From positions 49,805,554 through 49,869,553 of the forward strand of contig NC_068988.1 in assembly GCF_001194135.2 (NCBI RefSeq): a DNA stretch of 64,000 bases, given 5' to 3'. The notes beneath the pieces were generated by a model. It had not been told where the DNA came from. It worked only from the letters and a program-made list of their open reading frames with translations, and ran no database searches. Made by a program: the position numbers and the translations under genes. Source of the DNA: Octopus bimaculoides (taxonomy: Eukaryota). Position 1 is the stretch's first letter, and each line of letters begins with the position of its first letter. This document shows, piece after piece, positions 48,721-62,246 of the stretch.

Positions 48721-49256
48721 AAAGGTAATAAGATTAAAAGTTTACTCAGAGTCAGTCTGACAGTAAACTACTGTTATAACAACAACAACAACAAAAATGG
48801 TAGTAACCACAACAACAACAACAAAAATTAAATGAAGAATGATTAAAAACAATGTAAACAACTGCCTCTTAAACGTATTATCATGTACCATCAAGAATTT
48901 CAACCATCAGGTGATTTAGCAACATTTTATTTCTATTTCCAACGTCAACGAGTGACGTGTGTATCGAGAATGTATTGCTGACAGTAGGGTGTCTAAATTG
49001 GAGTCTTGTAATGCATGTGTCACAGAATTACGTATAGTAATGCCAATACGATTTGTTTCAAGGTGACTGGTTGGGCAGGTGAGATGGCGTTGGAAATCTG
49101 TGAGTGTGGAGTTAATTAAATACATTAAAACCACTGAACTAAGCAATTAGACTTCATTATCCATGTATTAATTAGTGGTAACGTTTCGGAAATTTTTCAT
49201 TATATTGGAAACTGGTGTTAATGCTTAAAGTTACAGCGGTATGTATTTATTGCCAG

Positions 49257-49308
49257 TCACGTCATCAGAATCTGGGTGTGTTGCTACGGAGATAGTTTGT
49301 ATGGTGCG
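49257..49308 (+). other. Candidate 52-nt exon, possibly carrying a start codon (ATG GTG CG|GTAAGT)
   Basis: Acceptor TATTTATTGCCAG| and donor GCG|GTAAGT in repeat-free DNA downstream of the 42.3-kb promoter candidate. Confidence 0.3.
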
Positions 49309-49484
49309 GTAAGTTGGAATTTAAAGTTTTCATATGGAGACAGCACCCACGCAGTCGCTTGATTTCGCTAGAAATAGGAGACAAACCTCTCTCAAGTTAC
49401 AACCTGTTATTTAAAGTAAGGTCGGTCACACAGGATTTTCTTGGCTGTAGCAACAATATTAACAAACAACTACTTCTACCACGT

Positions 49485-49507
49485 CTACTGCTAAAAAACA
49501 ACTACTG

Positions 49508-49543
<36 letters not shown>

Positions 49544-49750
49544 ATTGTACTACTACTACTACTAAGTGTACTACTACCACTACTAATTCTACTACTACTA
49601 CTACTACTACTAATGTAATCTGTCCTTGTAATGTCCTCCCCGTCTGATGATCCTGTGACAAGAAAAATTTACCACTACTACCACTATTACTTTTTTCTTC
49701 TTCCTTTTCCATTACTACAACTACTACTACTACTTCTACGACTACTATCT
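49485..49750. repeat. (CTA)n microsatellite complex
   Basis: Direct reading. Confidence 0.9.
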
Positions 49751-50339
49751 TTTTTATGGCGTAATGATCATCAAGACTTATCAAAAAATGTAATGTAATC
49801 TAAATGTGCATGTATTTCTCAGAGTGTGATTATGATAATATTCATCGTCTTCATAATCTTTATTATTTTAATGACTGTTTTTTTTTTTTATGTTAGCATG
49901 GGTTGGATGAGTTTGCTATATTACTTAATCTTTATTACTTAATCTATATTACTTAATCTTTCACACGATTTGTGCAGACCAGCATCATGATACATGAATC
50001 AAACACTTTTTCTCCACGTTTTTTTTTTCCGAAAGTTATTAAAGGAGATGTTATAGGAGAAGGTTAGAAAAATTTAGGAGTGAGATAATCATAGGGAACG
50101 TCATCGAAGGTTCGGGGATAGGAAGAGTTCATAATAGTTTTCAGGTAGAAGAGCGAAAACAGCGTGCTTATAGATGAGATGAAAATATAGGTATAAAAAA
50201 ATACTGCTGGTGGTGAAAATAATCCATTAGAATCGATTTGTGGACCGAAAGATATAGAAGTGCAGAATACTCCACTGCAAAACCAATGCATTTTTTTCCT
50301 CTAGAATGTAACTGACTTTTTTTTTCACTATAGTTAAAA

Positions 50340-50515
50340 GGACTGGAATTTTTGGGGGAAAGGGCTCGTCTAATTACATCGACCCCAGGGCTTGACTGGA
50401 ACCTATTTTTATCGATCTTGAAAAGATAAAAGGCAAGATCGAGCTCCATGAAATTTGAACTTTGAACGTAAGGCCGGAAAAAAGGTCGCTAAGTTTTTTG
50501 TCCAGCGCGGTAACA
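50340..50515 (-). mobile_element. SINE, family C
   Basis: TAATTACATCGACCCCAGGGC...GAAAAGATAAAAGGCAAGATCGAGCTC...AAATTTGAAC. Confidence 0.75.
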
Positions 50516-51179
50516 TTTCTTATTTCTTTATTGTCCACCGAAAAATCAACCCACGTTTATAAGCATGAAAACAGAAACAGCAGATAGTTAATTGTATAGG
50601 ATATACACAGAACCTATTTTCCTGGCGTCCATGCATCATTTAAGACAACATCCCAATTTCTTTTTAACCACCAGAGAAACTTCAGATTTAGGAAAAGAAA
50701 GCTTGATATAAGTCAGGACGTATGAAACTGGTAGACGAAATTTTTTAAAAGAAACATGGACGTTTAGAACAAACTTACGAAAGTGCTTTTGACAGGCAAA
50801 GGGCCATTTTTTCAAGCATTGTCTCACATGGCAGCTTTTTTAAACTTTCAAATATCTTGCTATCTTTCTTTGGTTCTTTGTCTTTAAAATTCTAGTCGTT
50901 GATGACATACGTCTCCACCACAAATCATGTCTCTTAATTTTGTATGTATTTTAACCATAGTTTTCAACAGTTTTACAAAGCTAATTTCATCAACCACCGT
51001 AATAATTTATTTTTGTTATTCAACATCACTATTATCTATCTTAAATGCAGCTGCTATATGTGCAACTTGACGTTCTTATCAATAATCATTAAACAGACTA
51101 CAGAATTGGAGTTTTGTTGAATGTAACATTGATCAATACATATTGTATGTATTTGCACATGCTTGTACTAGGGAGTGCA

Positions 51180-51229
<50 letters not shown>

Positions 51230-51387
51230 CATACACATATATGTGTAATGTGAATATAAGCGCTTCTTTCTCCCTCTCTTCCTACATATACATACACACG
51301 CGCGTGCATATATATATACAAACATATATATATTATATATATGCATGTATTTATATATATACATATATATATGTAAACAAATATAGG

Positions 51388-51471
<84 letters not shown>

Positions 51472-51475
51472 CATT

Positions 51476-51519
<44 letters not shown>

Positions 51520-51520
51520 A
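51180..51520. repeat. (TA)n/(TATG)n block
   Basis: Source of the YI-repeat ORFs. Confidence 0.95.
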
Positions 51521-51704
51521 CGTGTGTGTATGCTTGCATGAAAGTATGTGTGTATGTATTTTACATGTAAGTGTATGTACAATTAAATTCCAATTTTTCC
51601 TTTTTATTTATGAAAACTAATGCATAAACATTATTCCTACACACACACATCCATCAATCCATATACTGACTCACATACACATATACATATAAGCACACAC
51701 ACAC

Positions 51705-51735
<31 letters not shown>

Positions 51736-53902
51736 AATATGCACGCATGCACACATAGATACGTGTAAGCCTTTCCACACACAGACTTACGTATGTGCAT
51801 TTAAAGGGAGAGATAAGTAGATATAAATAGAGAAAAGTGGAATGATTATTAAGAAAGCAAAGAAATGGCTAAATACATACATATATGGAAATAGACAGTC
51901 GCACATAATTGAGCCACACATGTATACGGTGCAAACATGTGCGTGTATGTGAGTGTTTATATATGTAAATACATGCATATATATGTATTTTCATTACTGT
52001 ATATCCTTATATATGTATGTAAACGTATGTATTCTTATGACTGTGTGTGGAGGGGTGTGTATATGTCTATATTGAGAGGAGGGTAATGGAAAGAGAGTAA
52101 AATGGTTGTGATTATGAAGAATGTTCATTCTCTTGAGAAGAAGCTACTCTTCCATATTAAGGTGTCAGTGACAACAACCTGAAGATACTTAAAGAATTAT
52201 TCCTGTGCCAAAATTGACAGTCAGCCAAATTCTTAATTGGCAACATCTTGAAATATTTTTTTAAAGTTATATCTAATTTTATTCGAATTTTATTTTATTC
52301 TATACTTTAAAAAAAATATACTTTTTTGTAATGGTACATATGTAGTTTTTGTTTAATTTTTTTTAGGTTTTTTTCTTTTAATTTTTCCATGGAATAAATT
52401 TGTGTTGTTTGTAAATTTGTCTATTTCCAATGCAGTGCAATTTAATTCAATTCAATTCGTGGTTAATTTTCAAAAATATATAAATATACAATAGAAAATT
52501 CTTCTAGAATAGTTGCTGCAAAATCTAAATTGCAATACTATTGCAGGCATGGAGAAAAGACCTACTCTAATTACACTACGCTCACTAACATTTTATAAAT
52601 AACAGGCCTGTTCAGGTCTCTTCAGGTCTCTACCTCCACCCATGGGACCACTAATGAATTATTCATATACTCATAAGCTATGATAAAATATTAAATTTAA
52701 TTTATCTCTTCCTATCCCTTTTATGAGTAACCTTTGAAAATGAATTCCATTTTGAAGTCCATACCTTTAAACCATAATCAATACTTAGGTCTTTCTGTAT
52801 TTAAGAAAACTTTCAACAGTGTGTGAGTATTGATAAATGAGCTAGATTTTTCCAAATCACAAAAGATCCAACGAGCCAGGTTCCATAGTTTTAAATAGAT
52901 TAGTTAAATAGATTAGAAACAAATTTCCTCCCTATATAGGATACTGATTTATCACGGGTAGATTTTCTGCAAGGAAATTTGAAGCCAGCATCTTGCATCG
53001 GTATACTAATCATCAGTTATATCTGGATGAGTGTGTGCGTGTGTATGGGTCTGCGAGTTTAATGTATTTAACACAAATCAGACAAAATTCTCAGCATATT
53101 CACGAGACTGTGTCGATAGAAACAGGATGGTTCTCAATAAAAATGACTTTATAGACCCTATCAATCGGTGCTAATAAGTTAGACATGGCCTTGGCCAATC
53201 TTTGGCTGAAATACATCTAAGTTATCTATGATCAACTACACTACCAGTAGTTACAGTAGAAAGATATCACCATTAGCAGCTACTTAAGGCTACATCGTCG
53301 TCGTTTCTATAATTTAAATCCCTTGGCCTCGAACATAACGCTGATGCTGGTGACAGTATACAAACCACAAACCGCTCAATTGCTTGAATAGCATCATATC
53401 CACATATGAAGTTAATTTTCTCAAGTCTTCTAAAAGAAATATGTCTTACTCAAAGTTAAGGATACTTAACATCTTTTGTGTATCATGTATACTTTTGAGA
53501 GTTTGTCGAAAGAGAACTGATTCTATAATTTTAAAAAATATCGTGTAAAAATATCGTGTAAAAATGTACCTTCATTAGTTTAGAAACCATTTAATCCTTT
53601 GCTACCAACATTTATTGAAAGAAAATGTAACTTCTGTTGCATTTACGAAAATAAAGTTGTAATTGTTTTCTCATCCAAGTTCACAGACGCACTAAAATCA
53701 ATACTCATTCTAAATTCTCCCCAATAATCATGTTTGAGTCATTTTGAGATTTTCAGCTTTGGGTGGAATTAGACTGAGATTTCGGGCTAAAACAGTATTA
53801 TATAATATCATGTTATAAAGCTCACTTAGCCAAAATGTAGTTTTGGGTTTAGTTTCATTGCGTGACTTCTTGGACGAAGTGTTTTCTAGCTTAGCCTTAG
53901 AC

Positions 53903-54175
53903 TAATGACTCTCAACTAGGGTCTATATGGCCCTTGGGGGTCCACATAAGATTTTATTGTTAAAATTTATCTGCAATAAATTGGTTATACTGATACAATA
54001 CAATACACCAAATATTTTAACAGTTCTTTTATACAATTCGAAATAATATTGGATTTGAAAAATATTAAAGGATTTTTTTTAAACATAGAATAGCTAGTGG
54101 GGGACATCAAAGGGATCCATAGGAATCAAAGGGGTCAATAGGTAAAAAAAAAAAAGAAATGGTAGAGAAGCACTG
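53903..54175. mobile_element. hAT(Charlie)-type MITE nested in a decayed family A SINE
   Basis: Right end GAGAAGCACTG (reverse complement CAGTGCTTCTC), decayed left end TAATGACTCTCAAC, and imperfect 8-bp flanks CCTTAGAC/TCTTAGGC. SINE A-like sequence continues on both sides. Confidence 0.65.
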
Positions 54176-54314
54176 TCTTAGGCGAACCAATGTCTTGTAA
54201 GGGGAGCTAGCCTTTCATGTATTTGAATATGTATATAATTGTATGCTTTTTTGTGTGTATGGGTGCATTAGAAAAAGTCAGTTCCTTCATGTCTTCATGA
54301 ATACCATCTGAGCA

Positions 54315-54348
<34 letters not shown>

Positions 54349-54854
54349 TAATGATAATAACAATAATGGTGTCATTAATTACATTCACCTGTAAACAAAT
54401 GGTTTGTAGTTCAGCAGATGAGTGAGGAAAAGTGGAAGGATAGCCGCTTTACTAGAAAACTAAGTTGAGTTGGGTTGGTGACAGAAAGAGCATCCGGCCA
54501 TACATTATTTGATTTACCAAGTGCCGTCTAACCCCTACCAGCAAGGAAAACCAGACATGAAAATGATGATGATGATAATGATCATTATCATCATCATCAC
54601 CGTCGTTGTTGTCATCATCATCTTGACGTCGACGATGATGACGCCATCGCTTACGTCAATGTAGGCGATAATATAGTAGTAGTAGGAGGAGGAGGAGGAA
54701 GAGGAGGGCCAGCATCAGGAGGAAGAGTTCAGGCTGTGTAAGTAATTGTTAGTTCTTATTCAGAAATATTAAATTTCTTAAGAATTTTCTGCATGAACAG
54801 TTTATCACAAATGAGGAAATCGTTACCACTGATAGCAAGCAAGGAGTAACAACT

Positions 54855-54893
54855 CTTTCTCTCTCTTTCATTCTCTCTCTCCCTCTCTTTCTT

Positions 54894-54978
<85 letters not shown>
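54855..54978. repeat. (CT)n microsatellite
   Basis: Source of the ERERER ORF. Confidence 0.97.
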
Positions 54979-54981
<3 letters not shown>

Positions 54982-55029
54982 AGTGCATGAAGCATAAGTA
55001 TGAAGGATAACGCTTCATGGTTCATGAAG

Positions 55030-56560
55030 ATATGTGGATGTCAGATTGAAATGGGCTGGATTTCCTCTGTTTCACGGACATTATCAACGAGACTTTTACA
55101 AATTTATTTTCTAGCGTTGTCGGACTGGTAATTTTTCCGGTTTACTTCATAATCATACTTTTTTTTTCTTCAAGTACCAATGCAGATGTAAGCACACTTT
55201 ATCATGATGCTATTATAGTCTTTCTGTGCAAGCATTTTACAATTACTTACAATATGAGTCATAATTTCCATTTTCGGACTACATAACATTAAATATCTTA
55301 TGTAGCTTCTTATATTCTTTTCACAGTGTCTGTGTTAAGAACTTCCTTTTGAGCTGCAAATGTTGCATTTCCAGTTTCATGCTTCGGGTCTTCCTTTCTT
55401 AACCAATCCCATAACTTCAGTTTTGTTGGGTTTCTATATCCTTTGAAATCTATCATGTAGGGGCATAATTTCATATATACTCTTACCCATCATTTTCCTT
55501 CTTCCTGATATTTTCATTACACTACTCCTTAAGTAGATTACTGTTTTTTGTTTGTTTTTATAGTATACTGCAAGAGCAATTCACTACTCATTAACAAATA
55601 CCTACTGAAGTCTATGTATTCAATGGAAACACATTCTTCCGCCCAGGAAAAATTTCGACCTCTAATCCTCTGAAGTATGTAGAAATAGACCAAGCCTACT
55701 TGTGGATGTAACATTTTACTCTCTACCAAACTTTTGAGTATTTCTGTCAAAATTTTCAACCACTGCCTTAGTCCAATAAGGGCAGTATTGTAGCAGCGTA
55801 TCATTGCTACAGCCTGGCCATTGATGGTTGGAATCAAGCTTCAGTAATGCAGTTTCATTGCATTTGTAATATCTTCATTTCCTCTTATTATGTCTTTTCT
55901 ATCACACTTGTATTTATTGATAGCTTATTCAAGATTTGTATCACTCTCTCCAGATGGTAACTAAAAACCATTGCATGGTTCTTTTATATTGTTCCTTAAG
56001 ATAATTTCAGTGCACTTCGAAATGCTAAATTCCATTCTTGTATGCTATCAACAATAGAATACAATCTTGCATATTAGTTTAATTTTCTGATTTTGTAAAC
56101 AACTATAAATAGAAAGTGATTAATCTTTGGGAGCTTCCTTCCCAAATTTGTATCCAAACAGTTTCATATAATTTTATTGAGAGTTATCAGTGATAAAACA
56201 AAAGCAGGGAACAAAAGGACAAAAGGAATCTCCATGGAAAATGCAACATTGAATATGGACAAATCCTAGATACAGCTTTGTGTTCCAAATATGGAATCTC
56301 AGATATCATGATGTTGGTAACATTTTCAGCAATTCCAAATATTGTCATATTCTTCAATTCAAGCATTTATTCTACTCAAGTCCTTCTTCATATAACCCAT
56401 TGATTTCGCCATCTAACCTTTTTTTGCAAAAGTTCAGCCGATTTTGTCTTCTTTTCCTCGCCAATACTTCATTCCCAGCCTTTTCTATTACAACGTGCAA
56501 GTTATACATAACTACACATTTCAATTTTGGGTTATCTGATATAAAAGATAATGCATTAGT
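55030..56560 (-). mobile_element. Decayed R4/Dong-clade non-LTR retrotransposon (RT to CCHC zinc knuckle)
   Basis: Minus-strand fragments MTIFGIAENV, IFHGDSFCP (cf. GIFQGDSLSP), GYKFGKEAPKINHFLF, MEFSISKC, LHPQVGLVYFY...GRNF (cf. LHP..DVDRLY..R..GGRGL), HETGNATFAAQKEVLNT and THIVSNCKMLAQKDY. Many stops and frameshifts. Confidence 0.85.
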
Positions 56561-57224
56561 ACAATACGGACTTTAGTACTTTAGTAGTTCAGTACAATGC
56601 GGACCTTAGTGTTTGCACTGGTTCTCTCAACTTACTTATGAGTGTTTCCAGTAACATGTTATCTATTACAAGCTTTGACATAGTCAGGTTGCTGATATCT
56701 AAAATGACATTCCCATTAGACTAGCTTGGTAAGGAAAACCTTAGGCGTTCAGTAGGACAGAAACAAGACCTGTCAAACGGAGGGATGAAGCCAAAATAGG
56801 GTCATGACTATCTAGTTATACTCTTCAGACTAAAAATATCAAGGGGTGCCTGATGCAGGATAACTCACTCTATGAGTGGATTGCAACTTGTAAACTTTGA
56901 CCGGTAATCTATCTAGGAACGTAATCCTGAAAAACAAAACTCTGATGCATTAGCATTTGGTGTTTTCTGATTATAAAGTGATTGTGAAAAAAGTTTTTTG
57001 TGCCTTTTCAATCTCCAAATGTCAACTACGGGGATTAATGGTGTTAGTTGCAAGCATACTGTGGAAAAATTTCCTCTAAATTCATGGAAAAACCCTCCTA
57101 ATTCTAAATTATATCATTAAATGTCTGACACAAATGCTGCAATTGAGAGTTGACAAACCGAACAGTCTAGAAATTATAAACGGGCATTATTTATGGTAAT
57201 GAAATATCAAAGCCACCTAAACCA

Positions 57225-57227
57225 AAA

Positions 57228-57287
<60 letters not shown>

Positions 57288-57312
57288 CAGCAGCAGCAAC
57301 ATCAGCAGCAGC
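57225..57312. repeat. (AGT)n/(AGC)n microsatellite
   Basis: Direct reading. Confidence 0.95.
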
Positions 57313-57409
57313 AGTTTTCAATTTTGTTTCCATTTCTTGCCCAATCTTCCAGACACCCAGGGCAAAGAAACTCACACTGATAGGCCACTGAAACAACCAC
57401 CTCAGATTA

Positions 57410-57697
57410 TTCATTTGGTCCACAGTCGTAAGGTCATGAGTTTGAGTCCCGGCAGCACATTGTATCCTTCAGCAAGATACTTTATTTTACGTTGCTCCAG
57501 TCCGCTCAGCTGAGAAAAAAAAGTTGTACCTGTAATTCAAAAGGGCCAGCCTTGTCCCATTCAGTGTTATGCTGAATCTCCTTGAGAATTATGTTAAGAG
57601 TACACGTGCCTGTGGAGTGCGCGTTAACTTCACGAGCAGGCTGTTCCGTTGATCGAGTCAACTGAAACGCTCATCATTGTAACCGACGGAGTGCCAG
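57410..57697 (+). mobile_element. Chimeric SINE: tRNA head and CORE-like segment joined to the family D 3' body
   Basis: GAGTTTGAGTCCCGG...TGTATCCTTCAGCAAGATACTTTATTTTACGTTGCTCCAGTCCGCTCAGCTG, followed by GTACCTGTAATTCAAAAGGGCCAGCCTTGTC...TTCACGAGCAGGCTGTTCCGTTGATC...ACCGACGGAGTGCC. Confidence 0.75.
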
Positions 57698-58295
57698 GCG
57701 GAGAATAAACCACATTGATATCACTTCTGGAAGTTTTCCATCCTTTTCATTGTTTCTTTAATTTAGATGTGTTGACTATTTTGAAGAGAAACTCCCCAGA
57801 TGTTTCTGACTGGAATTGTTCAAGTAACAACCCCCCAACAGGGCGTCGGATGCTTTAAGCTTTTAAAAAACAATGAAATCTAGATTTTCTCCAGTAAAAT
57901 CTGGATACATTCAAATAAATTCATAATGATATTCGATGGAGAAACGCAAGAGAGAGAGAGAGATAGTGAAAAGGATTGTGGCTGAGAGGGGTTTAGAGAG
58001 GAAATAAATCCGTTAGCATTCGGAAAATTGTTGCACATAACATTGATAGCGATATCGTTGTCATGGTGACAAATACACGTAGAAACATCAAGAGCTGCGA
58101 AAAACAAACAAAAATGGAATCAAGAGAATAAAAAGTAGTGCCACCATTTTCAATAACTACCACAACAACCCGGATGACAAGAAAAAAACAATTAGAACAA
58201 CAAGAGCAGCGGTAAACAATTGTGAGGATTTACTCTCAAACATGCCAATCCCGAGGGATGTAAGCTACATCAACAATAAGAACAACTAAAATATT

Positions 58296-58946
58296 CTTTT
58301 CTGATTTTAGCACAAGGCCTGAAAGTTTGGGGAAGGGGGCTAGTCGATTAGATCGACCCCAGTACACAAATGGTACTTAATTTATCGACCCTGAAAGAAT
58401 GAAAGGCAAAGTAGACCTCGCAGGAATTTGAACTCAAAACGTAAAGACAGACGAAATATCGCTAAGCATTTCGCCTGGCTAACGTTTCTTATTTCTTTAC
58501 TGCCCACAAGGGGCTACACACAGAGGGGACAAACACGGACAGACAAACAGATAAGGTCGATTATACCGACGGCAGTGCGTAACTGGCACTTATTTAATCG
58601 ACCCCGAACGGATGAAAAGCAAAGTCGACCTCAGGGGAATTTGAACTCAGAACGTAGCAGCAGACGGAATACTGCTAAGCATTTCGCCCGGCGTGCTAAC
58701 GTTTCTGCCAGCTCACCGCCTTAGAAGAACTAAAATATTTATTTCTTTATTACCCACAAGGGGCTAAACATAGAGGGAACAAACAAGGACAGACAAAGGG
58801 ATTAAGTCAATTACATCGACTCCAGTGCGTAACTGGTGCTTATTTCATCGACCCCGAAAGGATGAAAGGCAAAGTCGACCTCGGGAGAATTTGAGCTCAG
58901 AACGTAGCGGCATTTCGCCCGGCGTGCTAACGATTCTGCCAGCTCA
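58296..58946 (-). mobile_element. Three tandem family C SINEs with two different 3' tails
   Basis: Copies at about 58296-58490 (tail 1), 58490-58722 (tail 2) and 58740-58946 (tail 2). The direct repeat AACTAAAATATT occurs at 58284 and 58728. Confidence 0.88.
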
Positions 58947-59699
58947 CACTTATTCCATTACAACCTACCCCATCACTACTAGATTCTGTGTGGTTTCAAG
59001 AATCATCATTACCATCAACATCAACCACAGCAACAATAATACAATCATTTCCACCAAGACAGCTAAAGTAAACTTCTTTGCAGGAGAGTCAAGATGTCAT
59101 GAGTAATTTTCCCATGGAAAACAAGCACAGAAACCTTAGCGAAGCAGAAAACCTCACCACTTACTGAGAGTGCAGCAGAGCTGAACTGGAAATTTTTAAA
59201 CAACTAATGGAAAGAAATATTAGAAGGACTTTTATATACTGATGTTTGTCGCTTAAAAACAAATGGATTTTAAATGATACATACACCTAGATGAAACGTA
59301 CCTCAGAAAAGATTGACATATGTATCATAACTCGAGCAAGACAATATGACTCTATACGAGTTTCCTCTCAGAAGTATTTGTTCGGAAACACTGTTTAGTC
59401 CCGAGTAAAAGGGAGAGTGTATTGCTCCTTCCTACATGGCAAGCCTGACATGTGGCAAAATTTAAAATGTCATGTGAGTTAGACATCATTTGAGAGGGGG
59501 CATGCTCAATATTTAGAAATATTTCGATATTAAGAAACATCGAATGAAAATTAGTCTGAGATATTGTTGCTGATCTTGATCCGGGTAAAATCAGAAGTAC
59601 CGGACAAGATTCCTAGCCTTATTGAACTACTGAATAAGTCACAACTACAAATCATAGTGGAATGCAGAAGGTTTAGACGTTACACTGAGGTACAATCAT

Positions 59700-59947
59700 T
59701 TAAATGCTTTCTGCTCTCAAGAAAGGAAGGCAGATAGAAAGTGCTCCGATGCCATATAGCGTATCTAGGGCAGGAAAATCTGGTGGGGCCCATCCCTCTC
59801 CAGACTAAACTCTTTTCTACAGCTGAGTGAATTAGAACAACGTGAAATGAAGTGTTTTGCTGAAGAAAACAACGATCGCCCGGTCCAGGTATTGAAACCA
59901 CAATCTTACGATCGTGAGTCCAACACCCTAACCACTAAGCCACGCGC
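59700..59947 (-). mobile_element. tRNA/CORE-like SINE with a different 3' tail
   Basis: Reverse complement GCGCGTGGCTTAGTGGTTAGGGTGTTGGACTCACGATCGTAAGATTGTGGTTTCAATACC...CAGCAAAACACTTCATTTCACGTTGTTC...CACTCAGCTG. Confidence 0.7.
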
Positions 59948-60813
59948 AACAACTGCACCAATAAATGCAGCATCTATTACTAACAACAGCAATAAAAGCA
60001 TTACTACCAATGATTACAACAACAGTGATAGCAGCAGTAACAACAACTGCAGAAACAGTGGTGGAGGACTAGTCCTGACAAGAACAGTAAAGGTGGTAGA
60101 GCTTGGCAGCAGAAACCGTGAAAAGCAATTCCAATATTACCACTCCTACAAGCAGTGGTTATTTGTTCATAGCTGACTTGGGGCTTAACAACAGCTTGAA
60201 TATTTTGGAAATAAAAGAAGCTACGATGCACAATATTCTATTAACGATATTTTTTATCGAGAGGGAAGGCATTACTCATGACACTTTACTTGGCCTTCAA
60301 AGATAGTAGGGGAAAAGAGAAAGATATGCTGAAGCTAGAAATCTGGCCTAATTGCTTTCAATGGATAGGATTCTGCTAAAGGCACCTAAAGTACCAAGTG
60401 GTGGTACCCAGTGGACCACGAATTATGTTTAATATCCCACCCCAATAGCCCATTGTAGGATCTAAACTCAAAGCGCAGAGCGGTAACAAATATCAAATAT
60501 CAAAACGCATCTTGTCTGATCTTTTTTAAAGTTCTGGATTAACACATTTTTATCGACTCCAAAAAGATTAAAATGCAAAGTTGATCTCAGTGGGATTTGA
60601 ACTTAGTGCACCGAGTGTTAGAACAAATACCGAGAAGTAGTGTATCAGATGATTCGTTTGACCCTGTCAGTTTTCGGTCTGGTTAAAAATAAATAAAAAC
60701 GTGGTATTCTCATGTGTATTTTGAAATGTTATCATTTTAACAGGTTGTTTGGACCCAAAGCAAGCTATTGTTTAACTGCAAGGCAAAATGTGTTTTATAA
60801 CAAATGTTGTTGT

Positions 60814-61193
60814 TGGCACTCCGTCACTTACGACGTCGAGGGTTCCAGTTGATCCAATCAACGGAACAGCCTGCTCGTGAAATTAACGTGCAAGTGGCTG
60901 AGCACTCCACAGACACGTGTACCTTTAACGTAGTTCTCAGTGATAATCAGCGTGACACAGTGTGGCAAGGCTGGCCCTTTGAATTACAGGCACAACAGAA
61001 ACAGGAAGTAAGAGTGAGAGAAAGTTGTGGTGAAAGAGTACAGCAGGGTTCACCACCATCCCCTGCCGGAGCCTCATGGAGTTTTTAGGTGTTTTCACTC
61101 AATAAACACTCACAACGCCTGGTCTGGGAATCGAAACCGCGATCCTATGACTACGAGTCCGCTGCCCTAACCACTGGGCCATTGCGCCTCCAC
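60814..61193 (-). mobile_element. Full-length family D SINE with a short (ACA)n tail
   Basis: Near-complete reverse-complement homologue of 25544-25914. Confidence 0.93.
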
Positions 61194-61254
61194 TATAACA
61201 AATGAAATGGAGAAGAAATACAAGTCATACAAAATAATGGTTTTAAATTATGGC

Positions 61255-61433
61255 ACTGGGCCATCAGCTTTTGAGGGATGAGAGAAGTCGATTACATCAA
61301 CCCCAGTACTTATTTTCTCGACCTTAACAGGATAAAGTACAAAGTCGACCTTGGTAGAACTCAGAACGTAAAGGCAGGCAAAATGCTGCTAAATAGTACG
61401 TCCGGATTACTAACGGTTCAGTCAGTTCGCCGC
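61255..61433 (-). mobile_element. SINE, family C
   Basis: AGTCGATTACATCAACCCCAGTAC...CAAAGTCGACCTTGGTAGAACTCAGAACGTAAAG. Confidence 0.75.
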
Positions 61434-62206
61434 TGTAAGGTCATACAAGATAAAAAAGCAGCTATAAGAAAACAATAGAAACAAAAGCAGTCAGAGAGCG
61501 CAAACCTCCGCCAAGCCAACACTGACGTCCTCTCAACGATTAGCCAGAGATGGTTTTTAAAATGAGAATATCTGAAATAAACAAATGAGAATACTAAAAA
61601 TGAACCCGACTGCTCTCAAAAACTTTATGTAAAAAAAAAAGAAATGGAAAAATAATCCAGAATCCCTGTCCGGTACCGCATCGATCCCAAAATCTAATTA
61701 GTTCGTGCCGGTCACGAGCCCAAGCATCTCTGAAAGTTTCATACGAAACCATCTAGCGGTTTTTGAGATATCTGGCTATCGTTGCAGAATGCACCCTTGC
61801 TTATATCGCTTGTGGGGAGATAAATCCCTGCCACATCCAGCGCCGAGACCAGCAGATCATGTGATTTCGACCTTCCTTGGTGTCGTCAATGATGGACGCC
61901 CGGCCACAAGAGACGNNNNNNNNNNNNNNNNNNNNNNNNNNNNNNNNNNNNNNNNNNNNNNNNNNNNNNNNNNNNNNNNNNNNNNNNNNNNNNNNNNNNN
62001 NNNNNNNNNNNNNNNNNNNNNNNNNNNNNNNNNNNNNNNNNNNNNNNNNNNNNNNNNNNNNNNNNNNNNNNNNNNNNNNNNNNNNNNNNNNNNNNNNNNN
62101 NNNNNNNNNNNNNNNNNNNNNNNNNNNNNNNNNNNNNNNNNNNNNNNNNNNNNNNNNNNNNNNNNNNNNNNNNNNNNNNNNNNNNNNNNNNNNNNNNNNN
62201 NNNNNN

Positions 62207-62246
<40 letters not shown>

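Noticed and set aside
54555-54745. His/Asp/Gly-rich frame ending near GTAAGT
   Set aside because: Degenerate trinucleotide repeat typical of the rest of the window; no acceptor.
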